Origin: Candidatus Geocrenenecus arthurdayi
GTDB taxonomy: Archaea; Thermoproteota; Nitrososphaeria_A; Caldarchaeales; Wolframiiraptoraceae
Direction of reading: 5' to 3'
Assembly (NCBI GenBank): GCA_023539395.1
Contig: JAKCEX010000001.1
Span: forward strand, 21,193 to 85,192
Length of the DNA stretch: 64,000 nt
Shown here: in pieces, positions 40,394-51,549 of the stretch
Layout of the letters: each line of letters starts with the position of its first letter
Numbering within the stretch: the first letter of the stretch is position 1
Program-made: the position numbers and the translations under genes
The notes under the pieces: model-generated
Database searches by the model: none
The model's input: the letters and a program-made list of their open reading frames with translations, nothing else
Told to the model about the DNA's origin: nothing

Positions 40394-41578
40394 TTACTTC
40401 ACCTCCTCCAATTCTTCAGGACTCCAGAAGTAGTATGGATTTGCTCTAGGAACGTAGACCATCTGTGGTACAGGCGGTAAGCCGACAGCCTTTAAGAAAT
40501 TCCTCATACCAAGTCTGTAGACTAATTCACCTATCCTCTCTCTAGTTCTTGCATTTTCATCCCACCAATCAAGTATCTTCCTTATCAGGTTCTTTAACTC
40601 AGTATATGGTTTCTCAGCTTTCATGAATGGTACTATAACCCATCCAAGGAATGCTCCCTGTAATATGGTAGCTTTTCCTCCTAGTAGAATTGTTACACCT
40701 CTGTCATCTCCAGGCAGGATCGCTTTCGGAAGGGCACCTAGACACTTCATGCATCTAGTGCAGTCTTCAGGGATGACTCTCAATTCTTTACCATCCCATT
40801 CAAGAGCCTGTGGTGGGCATCTAGCAGCTACAGCAGCAATATTTACACCCTGTTTTGCATATTCTCTAACAGCATCTTGGTCAATTTTTATTGAGTCTCT
40901 CCAAGTTCCTATTATTGCTAGGTCAGCTCTAGCCAATGCTGCTACACAATCGTTTGGGCAGCCTGAGATCTTAATCTTAAACTTGTATGGGAATCTAGGT
41001 CTATGAATCTCATCTTGAAACTCCATAGTTAATTCATGATAAATGTCTAGCGTATCTATACATGACCATTGGCAGAACGCTGGACCGCCGCAACAGCTTA
41101 AACTTCTGACATCGCTTCCTGAGCCTCCAAGATCGAAGCCTATGGATGTTAATTCTTCGAAACATGGTTGTAGAGCCGCTGTAGTTGCTCCAAGCAGTAT
41201 TATGTCTCCAGTGGAGCCGTGTAGGTTTATGAAGCCTGTTCCATACTTCTCCCAGACATCGCACAGTTTTCTCAGAGCTTTAGTTGAATAGAACCATCCA
41301 GCTGGTTGCGCTACTCTAAGTGTATGGACCTCAGGCGTAGGCATAACATCAGAAGGTAGATCACTATATCTCCCAATAACTCCCCCACCGTATCCTTTAA
41401 CTCCGACTATCCCTCCATGCTTCCAGTGGGTTACCTTCTCTTTATATGACCTCTCAAGCTGTAGTAGGACATTCTTTGCATATGGTTTTACCGCTGCCAT
41501 CCTCTTCATTTCCTTGATGAAGCTTGGCCAAGGACCCTTTTCCAGCTCATCTAGAAGAGGTGTCTCAGACATTTTCAA
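40394..41578 (-). CDS. dsrA: Dissimilatory sulfite reductase alpha subunit
   Basis: TPLLDELEKGPWPSF, HWKHGGIV, CX5C and GCPNDC siroheme-[4Fe-4S] motif, CTRCMKC, RERIGE. Confidence 0.98.
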   Translation of the reverse strand: MKMSETPLLDELEKGPWPSFIKEMKRMAAVKPYAKNVLLQLERSYKEKVTHWKHGGIVGVKGYGGGVIGRYSDLPSDVMPTPEVHTLRVAQPAGWFYSTKALRKLCDVWEKYGTGFINLHGSTGDIILLGATTAALQPCFEELTSIGFDLGGSGSDVRSLSCCGGPAFCQWSCIDTLDIYHELTMEFQDEIHRPRFPYKFKIKISGCPNDCVAALARADLAIIGTWRDSIKIDQDAVREYAKQGVNIAAVAARCPPQALEWDGKELRVIPEDCTRCMKCLGALPKAILPGDDRGVTILLGGKATILQGAFLGWVIVPFMKAEKPYTELKNLIRKILDWWDENARTRERIGELVYRLGMRNFLKAVGLPPVPQMVYVPRANPYYFWSPEELEEVK

Positions 41579-41612
41579 CTCAGTATCTTATATTCCGCAG
41601 ACCTATATAATA

Positions 41613-41626
41613 TTTCACATGGAAAA
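41613..41626 (-). promoter_or_regulatory. Shared palindromic motif at dsrA promoter
   Basis: TTTTCCATGTGAAA, 2 nt upstream of TTATATA. Confidence 0.6.
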
Positions 41627-41744
41627 TTTCCTGCGATAATATAGTTGTTTATTATTGGGGGTTGAAAAGTTCAAATTAACGCTGTTATATTCATCGCTTA
41701 AGTTTAGACTACTTCATAATTCTTTCTAATATTGTCCCTGACAC

Positions 41745-43139
41745 TTAATAGACCAATGCGTTTGCTAGCACTTCACTTAAGCCTGAAACATTAATGTTTA
41801 GATTATAATAGCTAACCATGTCTAAGAATTGCCTCTTACAGTTTGCACATATTGTTATGAGGGTCGAGGCGGCTGTATCTTTTACTTGTTGCATCTTCAA
41901 CCTACCGTATGTCTTCATTCTAAAGTCTAGGAAATTATATTTACTCATTAATGCAAACCCTCCTCCACCACCACAGCAATAATTATACTCTCTATTGGGG
42001 TACATTTCTCTGAAATCTCTACATGAAGCAACTATAACTCTCCTCGGTTCATCATATATTCCCCCACATCTACCTATCTTGCATGAGTCATGGAAAGTTA
42101 CTGGCTCAGCATTCTTATGCTTATCAAGTTTTAGTTTACCTTCTCTCAAGAATTTGTCATATAGTTCAACTATGTGTATGACTTTAAATGGTCTCTCTTC
42201 AGCTGGTATAAGATCTTTCATAAGATGCCCCAGCACATCGTAAGCATGCCCACATTCCCCGATCACGACATATTCAGGTTTAAGTTTATTAATCGTCTCT
42301 AGATGGGCCCGTATAACTCGGAGCATATCTTTATCGCTGTAGAATAATCCATAGTTAACATTATCGAATACGCCTGTTCTAGGAGAATTGAAAGTCCAAT
42401 CTACATTGACGTAGTTCATTACTTCGACGATCCCTCTAATAGTATCTAGGAAGGATAAGTAGTCTCCAGCATTGTTTATGATGAGATACTTTGCTCCCAC
42501 TTTATCTACTGGGATCTCAATACTGACGTTTTTCCTATTCTCTTCGATTTCTCCTCTAACAAAGTCTAAGATATTCATCAAAGCCTCGTATGATATTTTC
42601 GGAGCACTGCCATACCTTAGCTGATTATCAACACCTTCTTCTTTCAATTCTTCTGGTATGATTCCAAGCTCAGCAAATATTTTCCTCATCTCTCTCATAA
42701 CTAACCCGTTGTCTAGACCGAATGGGCATGCCAAAACGCATCTCCTACATATTGTACAGCGGTACGCAGCTTCAGCCATCGCATTTATATCTTGCTCCGT
42801 GACCTCTTTCGCTCCTACAAGACTTCCAAAGACCTTCCCAGTTAATGTAAAGTACCTCTTATATATCTTCCTGAGCATATCAGCACGATAGACTGGGCTA
42901 TACAACTTATTTCTTCCACTACCAATGTACACTGGGCATGCTTCCGCACATGTACCACAGTGAGTACATGCTTCTAGAGCTAATCTTAGCGGTAGGAGGA
43001 ATGGCCAGTTATTCTTCTTATCTAACAATTCTCTAAATGCTTTTAGAAACTGTTCAGACTTAGGCTCAGTAGGATGTAGCTTACTATCTGAGAGACCTCT
43101 ATATTCATCAAAAACCTTGTATATTTGCTCAATCTTCAC
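41745..43139 (-). CDS. dsrK: DsrK-like Fe-S/CCG protein (second copy)
   Basis: CTHCGTCAEACP, CTICRRC...CP.G.D, GECGHA, HDSC, CCGGGGG, CANC. Confidence 0.82.
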   Translation of the reverse strand: MKIEQIYKVFDEYRGLSDSKLHPTEPKSEQFLKAFRELLDKKNNWPFLLPLRLALEACTHCGTCAEACPVYIGSGRNKLYSPVYRADMLRKIYKRYFTLTGKVFGSLVGAKEVTEQDINAMAEAAYRCTICRRCVLACPFGLDNGLVMREMRKIFAELGIIPEELKEEGVDNQLRYGSAPKISYEALMNILDFVRGEIEENRKNVSIEIPVDKVGAKYLIINNAGDYLSFLDTIRGIVEVMNYVNVDWTFNSPRTGVFDNVNYGLFYSDKDMLRVIRAHLETINKLKPEYVVIGECGHAYDVLGHLMKDLIPAEERPFKVIHIVELYDKFLREGKLKLDKHKNAEPVTFHDSCKIGRCGGIYDEPRRVIVASCRDFREMYPNREYNYCCGGGGGFALMSKYNFLDFRMKTYGRLKMQQVKDTAASTLITICANCKRQFLDMVSYYNLNINVSGLSEVLANALVY

Positions 43140-43145
43140 AGCATA

Positions 43146-43829
43146 TCACCCCTTGAAATGTCTCTGGTCGAGGATAATCTTTTGCCCATAGAATATTGCA
43201 ATTGGATGTATGAGTGTCTTGAACGGTAGATATATCATGTATATTTGGGCGAAGACGATATGTATTAAGAAGAGTGTGTTAACTGGAGGGGGGATAGGGT
43301 TTAGAGTTAGTATTCCCTGCACCCAAGTCCACAGATGCGTAGATTCAACGACCCTAAACATACGGATATATTGTCCTAGAGATAATGTTATTATTAGAAG
43401 AATTAGTGCGAAATAATCTGCAAAGTAGGAGTCAGCTCTTTTATCAACATATCTTCTGATTATGAAGCCTACTGAACCTATTGCAGCCAGCATGCCTGCA
43501 ATAGTGCCAACTTCATATTCATATGGAAGATGAGGAATGAAAATATATTTAGCGTGAAGCGTGAGACTTACAATTAGCCCTATATGGAACATCCATGCCA
43601 ACGTGAATATGAGTTTGTCGAATTTTCTAGGGCCAGGCAGAGAGAAGATTCTCGTTGCAATAGTAAATAAGATGTTTGCTAAGCTCTTCTTAGCTGGGAA
43701 TATAGCCCACATAATGGGTCTGGGCAGAAAGATCCACTTAAAGAAATTGTATATGACGGCTACGATGAAAACTACTAGTGTAATGTAGGGTAGATAAATA
43801 CCTATAAAAATCGTAAAGTATTCATCCAT
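43146..43829 (-). CDS. dsrM: DsrM-like NarI-family cytochrome b (second copy)
   Basis: FH...LH and IH...PF..LIH four-His pattern, RR, S.FADY. Confidence 0.8.
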   Translation of the reverse strand: MDEYFTIFIGIYLPYITLVVFIVAVIYNFFKWIFLPRPIMWAIFPAKKSLANILFTIATRIFSLPGPRKFDKLIFTLAWMFHIGLIVSLTLHAKYIFIPHLPYEYEVGTIAGMLAAIGSVGFIIRRYVDKRADSYFADYFALILLIITLSLGQYIRMFRVVESTHLWTWVQGILTLNPIPPPVNTLFLIHIVFAQIYMIYLPFKTLIHPIAIFYGQKIILDQRHFKG

Positions 43830-44068
43830 CCCAAAAACACCTATCTTGCTATTTCTTCTGTAATTCTATTTTACTCTTTAATATTTTAATATTTAAGAAT
43901 CCCTTAAAACCGTGTATATGACATCGTTTTATAATTTAACTTTTACACCATTACTTATCTAGATATGATGTATTTGCAGAGATTGAGGCATCATAGAAGC
44001 TTGCGATGAGCTTCTCTATCAAGTGCTATCTCGATTTGCACCTATGGATGACTCCTAGAGCTTCAGGC

Positions 44069-44842
44069 CTAGCTAAAACCTGATACTAAGTCTGAGATGT
44101 ATTTCCTTAACTCAATATAGTATTCTCTAATATTATTAATTGAGGGACAATGGTCGACTTTCAATCCTAAATGTAACGCTTCACTTATCAATCTCTTGCT
44201 AATTACTGAGAGAAACACGTTCTTATGTTTTGTGAATAACTCATTCTCTCTAGAAATAATCTTAAGAATTTTCAGAGAAGTGACAACAATTATGTATCTC
44301 TTGTATTGATCTCTCCTTATAAATTCTACTATCTTCTTCACTGACGTATTTTTCTCGGAGAGAGAGTAGAGTTTCCAGAGATAGGACTGTTTGAAATAGT
44401 CTTTTATAAACTTCTCGAACTGGAAACTCACTTCGCTTGAACAATACACTACTAGGTTTGTCGAGTATGGAAGGTCTACTAAATACTTTATTAATCCCTC
44501 TGATGAGTGCTTTTCTGGATATTCTACCTTCAGTATACCTAGTTTTCTCAGTAGAGAGGCTGTTCCAGGTCCTATAGCTAGTGAATGCTTTTTAGCGTGC
44601 TTCCAAGCTTCTGGGAGAAGCTTCTTAACTATCTTAACTGCTGTCTTGCTTGTAAAAACGCTAACCTCAGGAGTGAAACCTAATGAAAAAATTCTACGAG
44701 CCGACTTAACCTCATCATAGTTAATCTTGACATTAATGACAGGGATTATCTTGAATTCAACATCTAGATCTCTCAAGTACTTGATTATATTCTTAGATGT
44801 ATCTCGTGTTCCAGGTAGTACAACTACTACTCTTCTATCCAT
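44069..44842 (-). CDS. hemD: Uroporphyrinogen-III synthase
   Basis: FTSKTAV, AIGPGTA..L, P..HSSEGL; follows the SUMT gene. Confidence 0.8.
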   Translation of the reverse strand: MDRRVVVVLPGTRDTSKNIIKYLRDLDVEFKIIPVINVKINYDEVKSARRIFSLGFTPEVSVFTSKTAVKIVKKLLPEAWKHAKKHSLAIGPGTASLLRKLGILKVEYPEKHSSEGLIKYLVDLPYSTNLVVYCSSEVSFQFEKFIKDYFKQSYLWKLYSLSEKNTSVKKIVEFIRRDQYKRYIIVVTSLKILKIISRENELFTKHKNVFLSVISKRLISEALHLGLKVDHCPSINNIREYYIELRKYISDLVSGFS

Positions 44843-45567
44843 TTCAACTTCTCTCTCAATTCAACGACTTTCCCAAAAACTAGGACGGCTGGAGGCTTTA
44901 CATCATGTCTTCTAGCTATCTCGACAATATTCTCTAGACTGCCGGCGAAAACTCTTTGAGATGGAAGTGTAGCATTCTCAATTATAGCTACAGGAGTGGA
45001 GGCTGGCAGCCCGGAAGAAAGGGCTTCTCCAATTATCTTTTCCAGATTTGATACACCCATCAAGACTATGATGGTGTCTACAGAGGAGAAAATCTTCCTT
45101 AAGTATTCTACATCATCCCCATACCCTTCTCTCCTATGACCTGTAACTATCGCTACTGAAGATGAACGATCCCTATGTGTTACAGGTATGCCAGCATATG
45201 TTGGAGCAGCGAGAGCCGATGTGACCCCTGGAACTATCTCATACATTACTCCAGCAGACTTCAATGCTTCACATTCTTCCCCGCCTCTAGAGAAGAGCAT
45301 AGGGTCACCATTCTTCAATCTAACAACGACATCATACTGTCTTGCTTTCTCAATGAGCAGCTTATTTATCTCTTCCTGCTTCCAATTCTCACCTCTCTCT
45401 TTACCAACACATATCATCTCCTTCACCTTAACGGCATATCTAAGAATCTCAGGGTTAACAAGCCTATCGTAAACCACTATGTCTGCACTCTCTAATATTC
45501 TCAGAGCTTTCAAAGTAATAAGCTCAGGATCTCCAGGACCAGCACCAACAAGATACACTTTACCCAT
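44827..45567 (-). CDS. cobA: Uroporphyrinogen-III C-methyltransferase
   Basis: VYLVGAGPGDPELIT, YDRLV, RLK.GDP, PGVTS, GIPVTHR. Confidence 0.95.
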   Translation of the reverse strand: MGKVYLVGAGPGDPELITLKALRILESADIVVYDRLVNPEILRYAVKVKEMICVGKERGENWKQEEINKLLIEKARQYDVVVRLKNGDPMLFSRGGEECEALKSAGVMYEIVPGVTSALAAPTYAGIPVTHRDRSSSVAIVTGHRREGYGDDVEYLRKIFSSVDTIIVLMGVSNLEKIIGEALSSGLPASTPVAIIENATLPSQRVFAGSLENIVEIARRHDVKPPAVLVFGKVVELREKLKWIEE

Positions 45568-45810
45568 AAAGTCTCAATACATTCCTACACTCTGTAAATA
45601 TAAAATGTTAAGTGAGAAGCCATGTCAAAGCCTATTTTCAATAGGGAAACATTTATGTGCAAAGATTAGGACGAAATGTAAAGATGGAGTGAGATTCTAA
45701 TAAATACTTGGATTCTCAGTCCTACTGATTATAAGGTTAAAATATTTAGCAAATGCAGACTCTACATTTATTAAAGTTCCAAAGAGTATGACTAAGAAAA
45801 GCTGGAGCAA

Positions 45811-45836
45811 TTTACCCCACGACTGAAAGTCGAGAG
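45811..45836. mobile_element. Possible IS200/IS605-type terminal hairpin relic
   Basis: ACCCCACGACTGAAAGTCGAGAG (CGACT-GAA-AGTCG) in a degraded intergenic region; no transposase nearby. Confidence 0.3.
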
Positions 45837-46341
45837 TCTTATGCGGTGATTTAATAAGTAAAAAGACATAAGCAGCCTAAACACTTGACATTAAAAGATA
45901 AGGCTTAGAGCTTGAGACAAGAGTATGGTTAATGGAAAAGATATTTGTCAGAATTGACAGAACACTGGAGCAGCTGGAGAAGAGGATATCGAGGGTAGAG
46001 GTATAGCAATAATTATTGGAGAGTTCATTGCTACTATAGTTACATCAATAATATTGATGTTGAAGCTTCTACTAGGGTGAGATAGATGACTACTACAGAT
46101 ATTAAACTAGATAGGAATATTCAGAGGGAGTTGGGCATTATTCTCCACAGCAAAAGTTAGAATTAGAATATATCAATAATTATTCACTTAAGATACGGAA
46201 TTTAGAGGCGAGCTTATTTTGAAGTATTTTTAGGAGATGCTCAGCTTCCAACTCTCCATACTAATGTCCTAGTTACCTACTATTTCTGGAAAATCTATTG
46301 AAAACTTGCATCTACTTTAGGAGGGATAGTTCATGCAGGCT

Positions 46342-46689
46342 CTATCTATAGCTAAAGATTCTAAGGTCATCTCTCACAATTATGCCGATAGTGTCTGCCT
46401 CAACAGCTATAGGATCTCCCTTCTCTCTTAGTCTCCTAAACTCGTCTATCCTTAAGGGTATGACCTCAACTCCAGGTGGTGGGTCTATGTGCTTAAGCCT
46501 TTCTATGGGATTGCCTAGAAAATAATCTGAGATTAACAATACGTCAACATCACTCCATACATTAAAATCGCCTCTTGCATAAGACCCGATGATAACCGCA
46601 GTGACGGTAAACTGCATACCCTTCACCCATCTTCTTACTGCTTCGATTACTTTCTCCTTCTGCTTCATTCTTTCCTTAATGACTTCCAT
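46342..46689 (-). CDS. Minimal nucleotidyltransferase (MNT antitoxin)
   Basis: GSYARGD...SDVDV motif. Confidence 0.9.
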   Translation of the reverse strand: MEVIKERMKQKEKVIEAVRRWVKGMQFTVTAVIIGSYARGDFNVWSDVDVLLISDYFLGNPIERLKHIDPPPGVEVIPLRIDEFRRLREKGDPIAVEADTIGIIVRDDLRIFSYR

Positions 46690-47071
46690 TTCCCCTCAAC
46701 CCAGTCAATTATTATAGATGCATAGGAAACTGCTTGTTTAGAATCATTCAAGGTGTAGTAATCAGTTGGGATACCCTCACTCCAAGCATTCGGGTATCTT
46801 GTCGGTATATAGTATTTATCTAGAGTTTTAGCATGGTCTAAGATTTCGTCAGGGTTCAGCTCCCGTGGTATGTTATGGAGGAGCAAGGAAATGCTATGAC
46901 CCTTTGGGGTTAATCCTAGACCGTGTAGGAGAGCTTTTACAGCATATCCTGCTGCTTGATGAGCTTTAAAACACGCCCAATTATAATCACCTCTTCCTAA
47001 GTCGCCTTCAGCTGAAAGTAATGTCTTTTTGACATCTCTATCCATCTCTTATATTCCTCATCATCAATCAA
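46665..47071 (-). pseudogene. HEPN-domain protein, frameshifted
   Basis: TTG 47071 gives MIDDEEYKRWIEMSK; a frameshift at the A5 run (47026-47030) joins TLLSAEGD...YNWACFKAHQAA...GHS...YIPTRYP. Confidence 0.75.
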
Positions 47072-47123
47072 AGATACCACAATTAGATAGCAGGAATAAT
47101 ATTTAAGCTGTTAATATATCAAG

Positions 47124-48059
47124 CTACCTAGATGAAATATCATAGATTCTTTTCCAAGCGTTTAAGATCTCTAGCCCACCTTTTTCTTTAAACAATCTTA
47201 CTGCATCTGTAGCTGCTTTCGATATGTCGGTATCCTTAGTGAATGTCTGTACGTGTACTTTCCTAGAATAGTCTGTTGATACAGTTGAGATGGTTATGTT
47301 TAATTCGCCTGAATCCATTTCTACGTATACACCGATAGGTGTCTTACATCCAACATTAAGTAGAGAGATAATACCACGCTCAATCATCGTTTCAATCCAA
47401 CTCTCATAATGATTTACATTCTCAAGGATTTTAATCAATTCATGGTTATCCTTCCTAGCTACAACGGCTAATGCTCCCTGCCCAGCGGGAGGGGTGAAAT
47501 CCTCGATGGGAAGCTTTTCATACCTTATGTTTCCACCGATCCTTTCTAGTCCTGCCTCTGCTAAAATCAAAGCGTCAACATCTCCTCTAAGCATCTTCTG
47601 GATTCTTGTCTCAACATTCCCCCGTATTGGAATTACTTCTAAGTCGCTTCTAACATATTTTATGAATGCTTCTCTTCTAAGACTGCTCGTACCAACCTTG
47701 CTAATCCTAGGTAAATCATCCAAGCTTAAACCATCTCTAGATATGAATACATCATAGGGGCTACGTCTCTCTGGTACAGCGGCTATAACGAGTTCACTAG
47801 GAAGCTTTGTTGGATAATCTTTCATACTATGAACAGCGAAGTCTATCTCTCCTCTAATCAATGCTTGGTCAATCTCCTTCTCGAATATGCCTTTCTCCGG
47901 GATCATGTAGAGTGGCGTCTCTAAATCTATGTCTCCTCTAGTCTTTATAATCTTAATTTCGTACTCTAACTCTGGGAATAGAGTTTTCAGCTTATCGATT
48001 ACTTCCATCGTTTGGATGAGCGAGAGCCTGCTACCTCTGGTCCCGACTCTAAGTCTCAT
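47124..48059 (-). CDS. hemC: Hydroxymethylbilane synthase
   Basis: GTRGS.L, KGIFEKE, VHSMKD, GTSSLRR, RGNVETR, GQGAL, GC. Confidence 0.97.
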   Translation of the reverse strand: MRLRVGTRGSRLSLIQTMEVIDKLKTLFPELEYEIKIIKTRGDIDLETPLYMIPEKGIFEKEIDQALIRGEIDFAVHSMKDYPTKLPSELVIAAVPERRSPYDVFISRDGLSLDDLPRISKVGTSSLRREAFIKYVRSDLEVIPIRGNVETRIQKMLRGDVDALILAEAGLERIGGNIRYEKLPIEDFTPPAGQGALAVVARKDNHELIKILENVNHYESWIETMIERGIISLLNVGCKTPIGVYVEMDSGELNITISTVSTDYSRKVHVQTFTKDTDISKAATDAVRLFKEKGGLEILNAWKRIYDISSR

Positions 48060-49329
48060 CTTCTATCTGAGAAAGAGAATTCTCGATAGCATTTATCGTT
48101 AATTCTACGTCCTCATCCGTATGGGCTGTGGAGAGAAAGCATGTTTCAAACTGGCTTGGAGGGATAAATACGTTATTCTTAAGCATGCCGTGGAAATACT
48201 TTTTAAATAATCTTATATCTGATTTCTTAACATCATCATAGCATGAAACCTCGCTATCGGTAAAGAATACTTGGAACATTGATTCAATATAATTCACAGT
48301 TATCTTTAGAGATCTATCAGATGCTACTTCCCTTATACTTTTACATATTTTTTCTACTTTCCACTTCATCTCAGAATATATTGCTGGGTTTTCTTTTATA
48401 TAACCTAATACGGCTAATGCTGCTTTAGTAGATATAGGGTTACCGCTATACGTTCCAGAGACATAAACTTTACCAGTAGGCGCAACATTCTTCATTATTT
48501 CCTCTCTTCCACCGAAAGCAGAGATGGGTAGACCACCACCTAACGCTTTACCGAGGGTTGTTAAATCGGCTTTTACACCATAGTATTGCTGTGCACCACC
48601 AGGAGAAAGCCTGAAACCTGTTACCACCTCGTCAAATATTAATACTGCTCCAGAATAGTCTGCCAACTCTCTAAGAGCTTTAAGAAAATCTATCTTTGGC
48701 TCAACCAACCCAAAATTTACTGCTACTGGCTCAACTATTATCGCTGCTAGATCATCCCTATTCTCTTTAACTATCTTCTCAGTCAACTCTACATCATTGA
48801 ATCTTGATATAAGCGTATGTTTAGCCACTTCTTCTAGTACACCGGAACTTGATGGTACGCCGAAAGTTAATGCTCCTGACCCAGCTTTAACTAGTAGAGA
48901 ATCGTGTGATCCATGGAAGCATCCTTCAAACTTGATTATCTTCCTCCTACCAGTGTATCCTCTAGCTAGTCTAACCGCATGCATTGTTGCTTCTAAACCG
49001 CTATTAGCAAGTCTAACCATCTCGATAGATGGGTAGAATTCTCTGATCTTCTCGGCTAACAATACTTCTTCTTCAGTCGGTGCACCATACAAGATGCCAT
49101 CTTCCACTATCTTCTTTAATCTCTCTACAAGCATACTAGGAGCATGCCCAAAGAATAATGCTCCATAACCCATAACATAGTCAATATACTCTCTACCATC
49201 TACGTCGTATATCCTCGAACCTTTACCCTTCCACACAAAAAATGGGTAAGGGTCATAAGCTCTTACAGGACTATTAACCCCTCCAGGAATAACTTTCCTA
49301 GCTCTTTCATACAATTCGAGAGAATTCAT
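48049..49329 (-). CDS. hemL: Glutamate-1-semialdehyde 2,1-aminomutase
   Basis: PGGVNSPVRA, FEGCFHGSHD.LL..AGSG, FDEVVTGFR, PPSQFE. Confidence 0.96.
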   Translation of the reverse strand: MNSLELYERARKVIPGGVNSPVRAYDPYPFFVWKGKGSRIYDVDGREYIDYVMGYGALFFGHAPSMLVERLKKIVEDGILYGAPTEEEVLLAEKIREFYPSIEMVRLANSGLEATMHAVRLARGYTGRRKIIKFEGCFHGSHDSLLVKAGSGALTFGVPSSSGVLEEVAKHTLISRFNDVELTEKIVKENRDDLAAIIVEPVAVNFGLVEPKIDFLKALRELADYSGAVLIFDEVVTGFRLSPGGAQQYYGVKADLTTLGKALGGGLPISAFGGREEIMKNVAPTGKVYVSGTYSGNPISTKAALAVLGYIKENPAIYSEMKWKVEKICKSIREVASDRSLKITVNYIESMFQVFFTDSEVSCYDDVKKSDIRLFKKYFHGMLKNNVFIPPSQFETCFLSTAHTDEDVELTINAIENSLSQIEDET

Positions 49330-49818
49330 ACTTTCTTTTAAATACTAAACTCTAATTTAAAACTAACTCTAACATTTAAATTAGACTAGAGGGGCTGGGT
49401 AGCACTTGTAGATGAGATAGGAGAGAAGGGAGAAGCTTAGGAACATACAATAGTCTGGTCTAGAATGTATATTCTTGGCTACTGACGGTTAATAATTGAT
49501 GTTATGTGAGAAGATATTTACTGGGCTGAGGTTAGAGATGGGAGAGTTGAATGCCTCCGACGTCATCCATCATAAATGCTGGAGACTGAGAGCTACAAGC
49601 TTATAGATGGGTGATTCTAAAGCAAACCTATACTACATCAGATTGCTTCACTTATCTGTAACATCGTCTTCTAGAAAAATCTTTAAGAAATGTAGCTACC
49701 TAGAATATTTAGATAATGGAGGCTGTAAGCTCCAACTCAAACGGTTCTCTGAAATGTAGGAAGAGGCTTGGTAGAATGCGTAGAGGGATGAGGCTTGGCA
49801 TGATAATACCGATAGAAG

Positions 49819-50238
49819 GTGGACAGGGTGCCTGTAAGAGTAAGAGTGAAGATTGAAGAAGTTAGGGGGAGTGGAGTTATTTATTCTGAAGCTCTTCTCA
49901 AAACAGGTTTTACATCTGAAGAGTTAGATATACATATCCCTAGGGAGCTAGCTAGAGAACTGGGACTGTGGCCTCCACCTCGAGATGCTTCGCTAGAAAT
50001 TCTTGATACAGCTGGTGGAGAGACTCTAAGCTATTTCATACCAAGTGCCGTGAGACTTACTGTTATAGAAGAAGATGAAACTTCGAAAACGATTACATGC
50101 AATGTCATAGTTTCACTCCGGGAGAAAGAGGTACTGCTCTCAGATGAGGTTATTGAAGAGCTTGGGATTGAGATCTTATCTCCTAAGACTGGGATTTGGC
50201 GGTTCAAAGGTGAAGAAAAACTTAGGAGGAGTGTTTAA
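49819..50238 (+). CDS. Hypothetical protein, aspartyl-protease-like fold
   Basis: ALLKTGF, IP..LA..LGLWP, TAGG, EVLLSD...LGI; catalytic Asp absent. Confidence 0.55.
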   Translation: MDRVPVRVRVKIEEVRGSGVIYSEALLKTGFTSEELDIHIPRELARELGLWPPPRDASLEILDTAGGETLSYFIPSAVRLTVIEEDETSKTITCNVIVSLREKEVLLSDEVIEELGIEILSPKTGIWRFKGEEKLRRSV

Positions 50239-50311
50239 CCGCATAAGTATGTAGTAGATTTGCTTAGAAAAAATGATATGAACACTCTATCCATGGCTAG
50301 ACTATTCTTGA

Positions 50312-51340
50312 TCATGGAAGCTGACCATCTCTAAGCCATCTAGCATATTCTTTAGCATGATATGTAATCACCGTATCTGCGCCTGCTCTTCTTATAGAGT
50401 GCAGCTGCTCCCATACAGCTTGCTTCTCATCTATTAATCCTTTCTCAGCCATAAGTTTAATCATAGTATATTCACCGCTAACAGAATAAGCTGCAATAGG
50501 AATATCGAAGTAGTTCCTGATAAGAGATATTACATCTAGATACCATGATGCAGGCTTAACCATGACTATATCTGTACCCTCGGATATGTCTAGTTCAACC
50601 TCCCTGAGAGCTTCCCTAAGATTCCTCGGATCCATCTGGTAGCTTCTCCTATCACCAAAAGCTGGCTTTGAGTAGGCGGCAGACCTGAATGGACCATAAA
50701 GGCTTGATGCATACTTTACAGAGTATGACATTATCGCTGTATCGGTATATCCTGCACTATCTAGAGATCTTCTTATCGCCCAAACCCTCCCATCCATCAT
50801 ATCTGAAGGGGCCACGATATCTGCTCCAGCTTCTGCATGGCTTAGAGCGATCTTCGCTAAAACCTCGATTGTTGAATCATTATCAATAATCTTCTTCATG
50901 TCTTTCTCTATGACGATTCCACAGTGGCCGTGACTAGTATACTGGCATAAACAAACATCTGTAATTACAACTACTTCTTCTCCAAAATTCTTCTTAACCT
51001 CCCTAACAGCTCTCTGCACAATTCCATTTCTATCATATGCAGAAGATCCAAGTTCATCTTTCCTTAAGGGTATACCGAACAGGAGGATTGCTTTTATCCC
51101 TAGGTCTAGTAGCTCGCTTACCTCCTTCAATAACTCTCTAATGGATAGTCTCTCCTGCCCAGGCATACCATCTATTGGTTCACGTCCATCTAATCCATCC
51201 TTCACAAATATAGGCATGATGAGAGATGAGGGGGTAACCTTTGCTTCTGCAGTTAAGTCTCTAATAACCTTACTCTTCCTAAGCCTTCTCAACCTAATAA
51301 TTGGGAAATGACGTCTTTCAAGTTCGATTGACTCTGACAA
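50312..51340 (-). CDS. hemB: Porphobilinogen synthase (Zn type)
   Basis: [41 protein letters not shown]. Confidence 0.97.
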   Translation of the reverse strand: MSESIELERRHFPIIRLRRLRKSKVIRDLTAEAKVTPSSLIMPIFVKDGLDGREPIDGMPGQERLSIRELLKEVSELLDLGIKAILLFGIPLRKDELGSSAYDRNGIVQRAVREVKKNFGEEVVVITDVCLCQYTSHGHCGIVIEKDMKKIIDNDSTIEVLAKIALSHAEAGADIVAPSDMMDGRVWAIRRSLDSAGYTDTAIMSYSVKYASSLYGPFRSAAYSKPAFGDRRSYQMDPRNLREALREVELDISEGTDIVMVKPASWYLDVISLIRNYFDIPIAAYSVSGEYTMIKLMAEKGLIDEKQAVWEQLHSIRRAGADTVITYHAKEYARWLRDGQLP

Positions 51341-51549
51341 TCTAGATTGCCCCGCCTCTACTCACACTTACTCAGCCTCTTATAAACGTTAATCTTCAAC
51401 CTCTCAAAACCAATTCTGAATAGAATAATATGCTCTGCTAGTGAAACTCTACTCGGATACTCTTAGCTAACCCTCACTTGCATCATCTTCCGGAGATGAG
51501 TGTGTACCTCAACGTTTTTAAGTGCTCAAATCAAAACTTTATTGAGTTC

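Noticed and set aside
45900..46080. Coiled-coil plus TM fragment (ELETRV...LEKRISRVE / IAIIIG...)
   Set aside because: Frameshifted fragment with no clear start; function not assignable.
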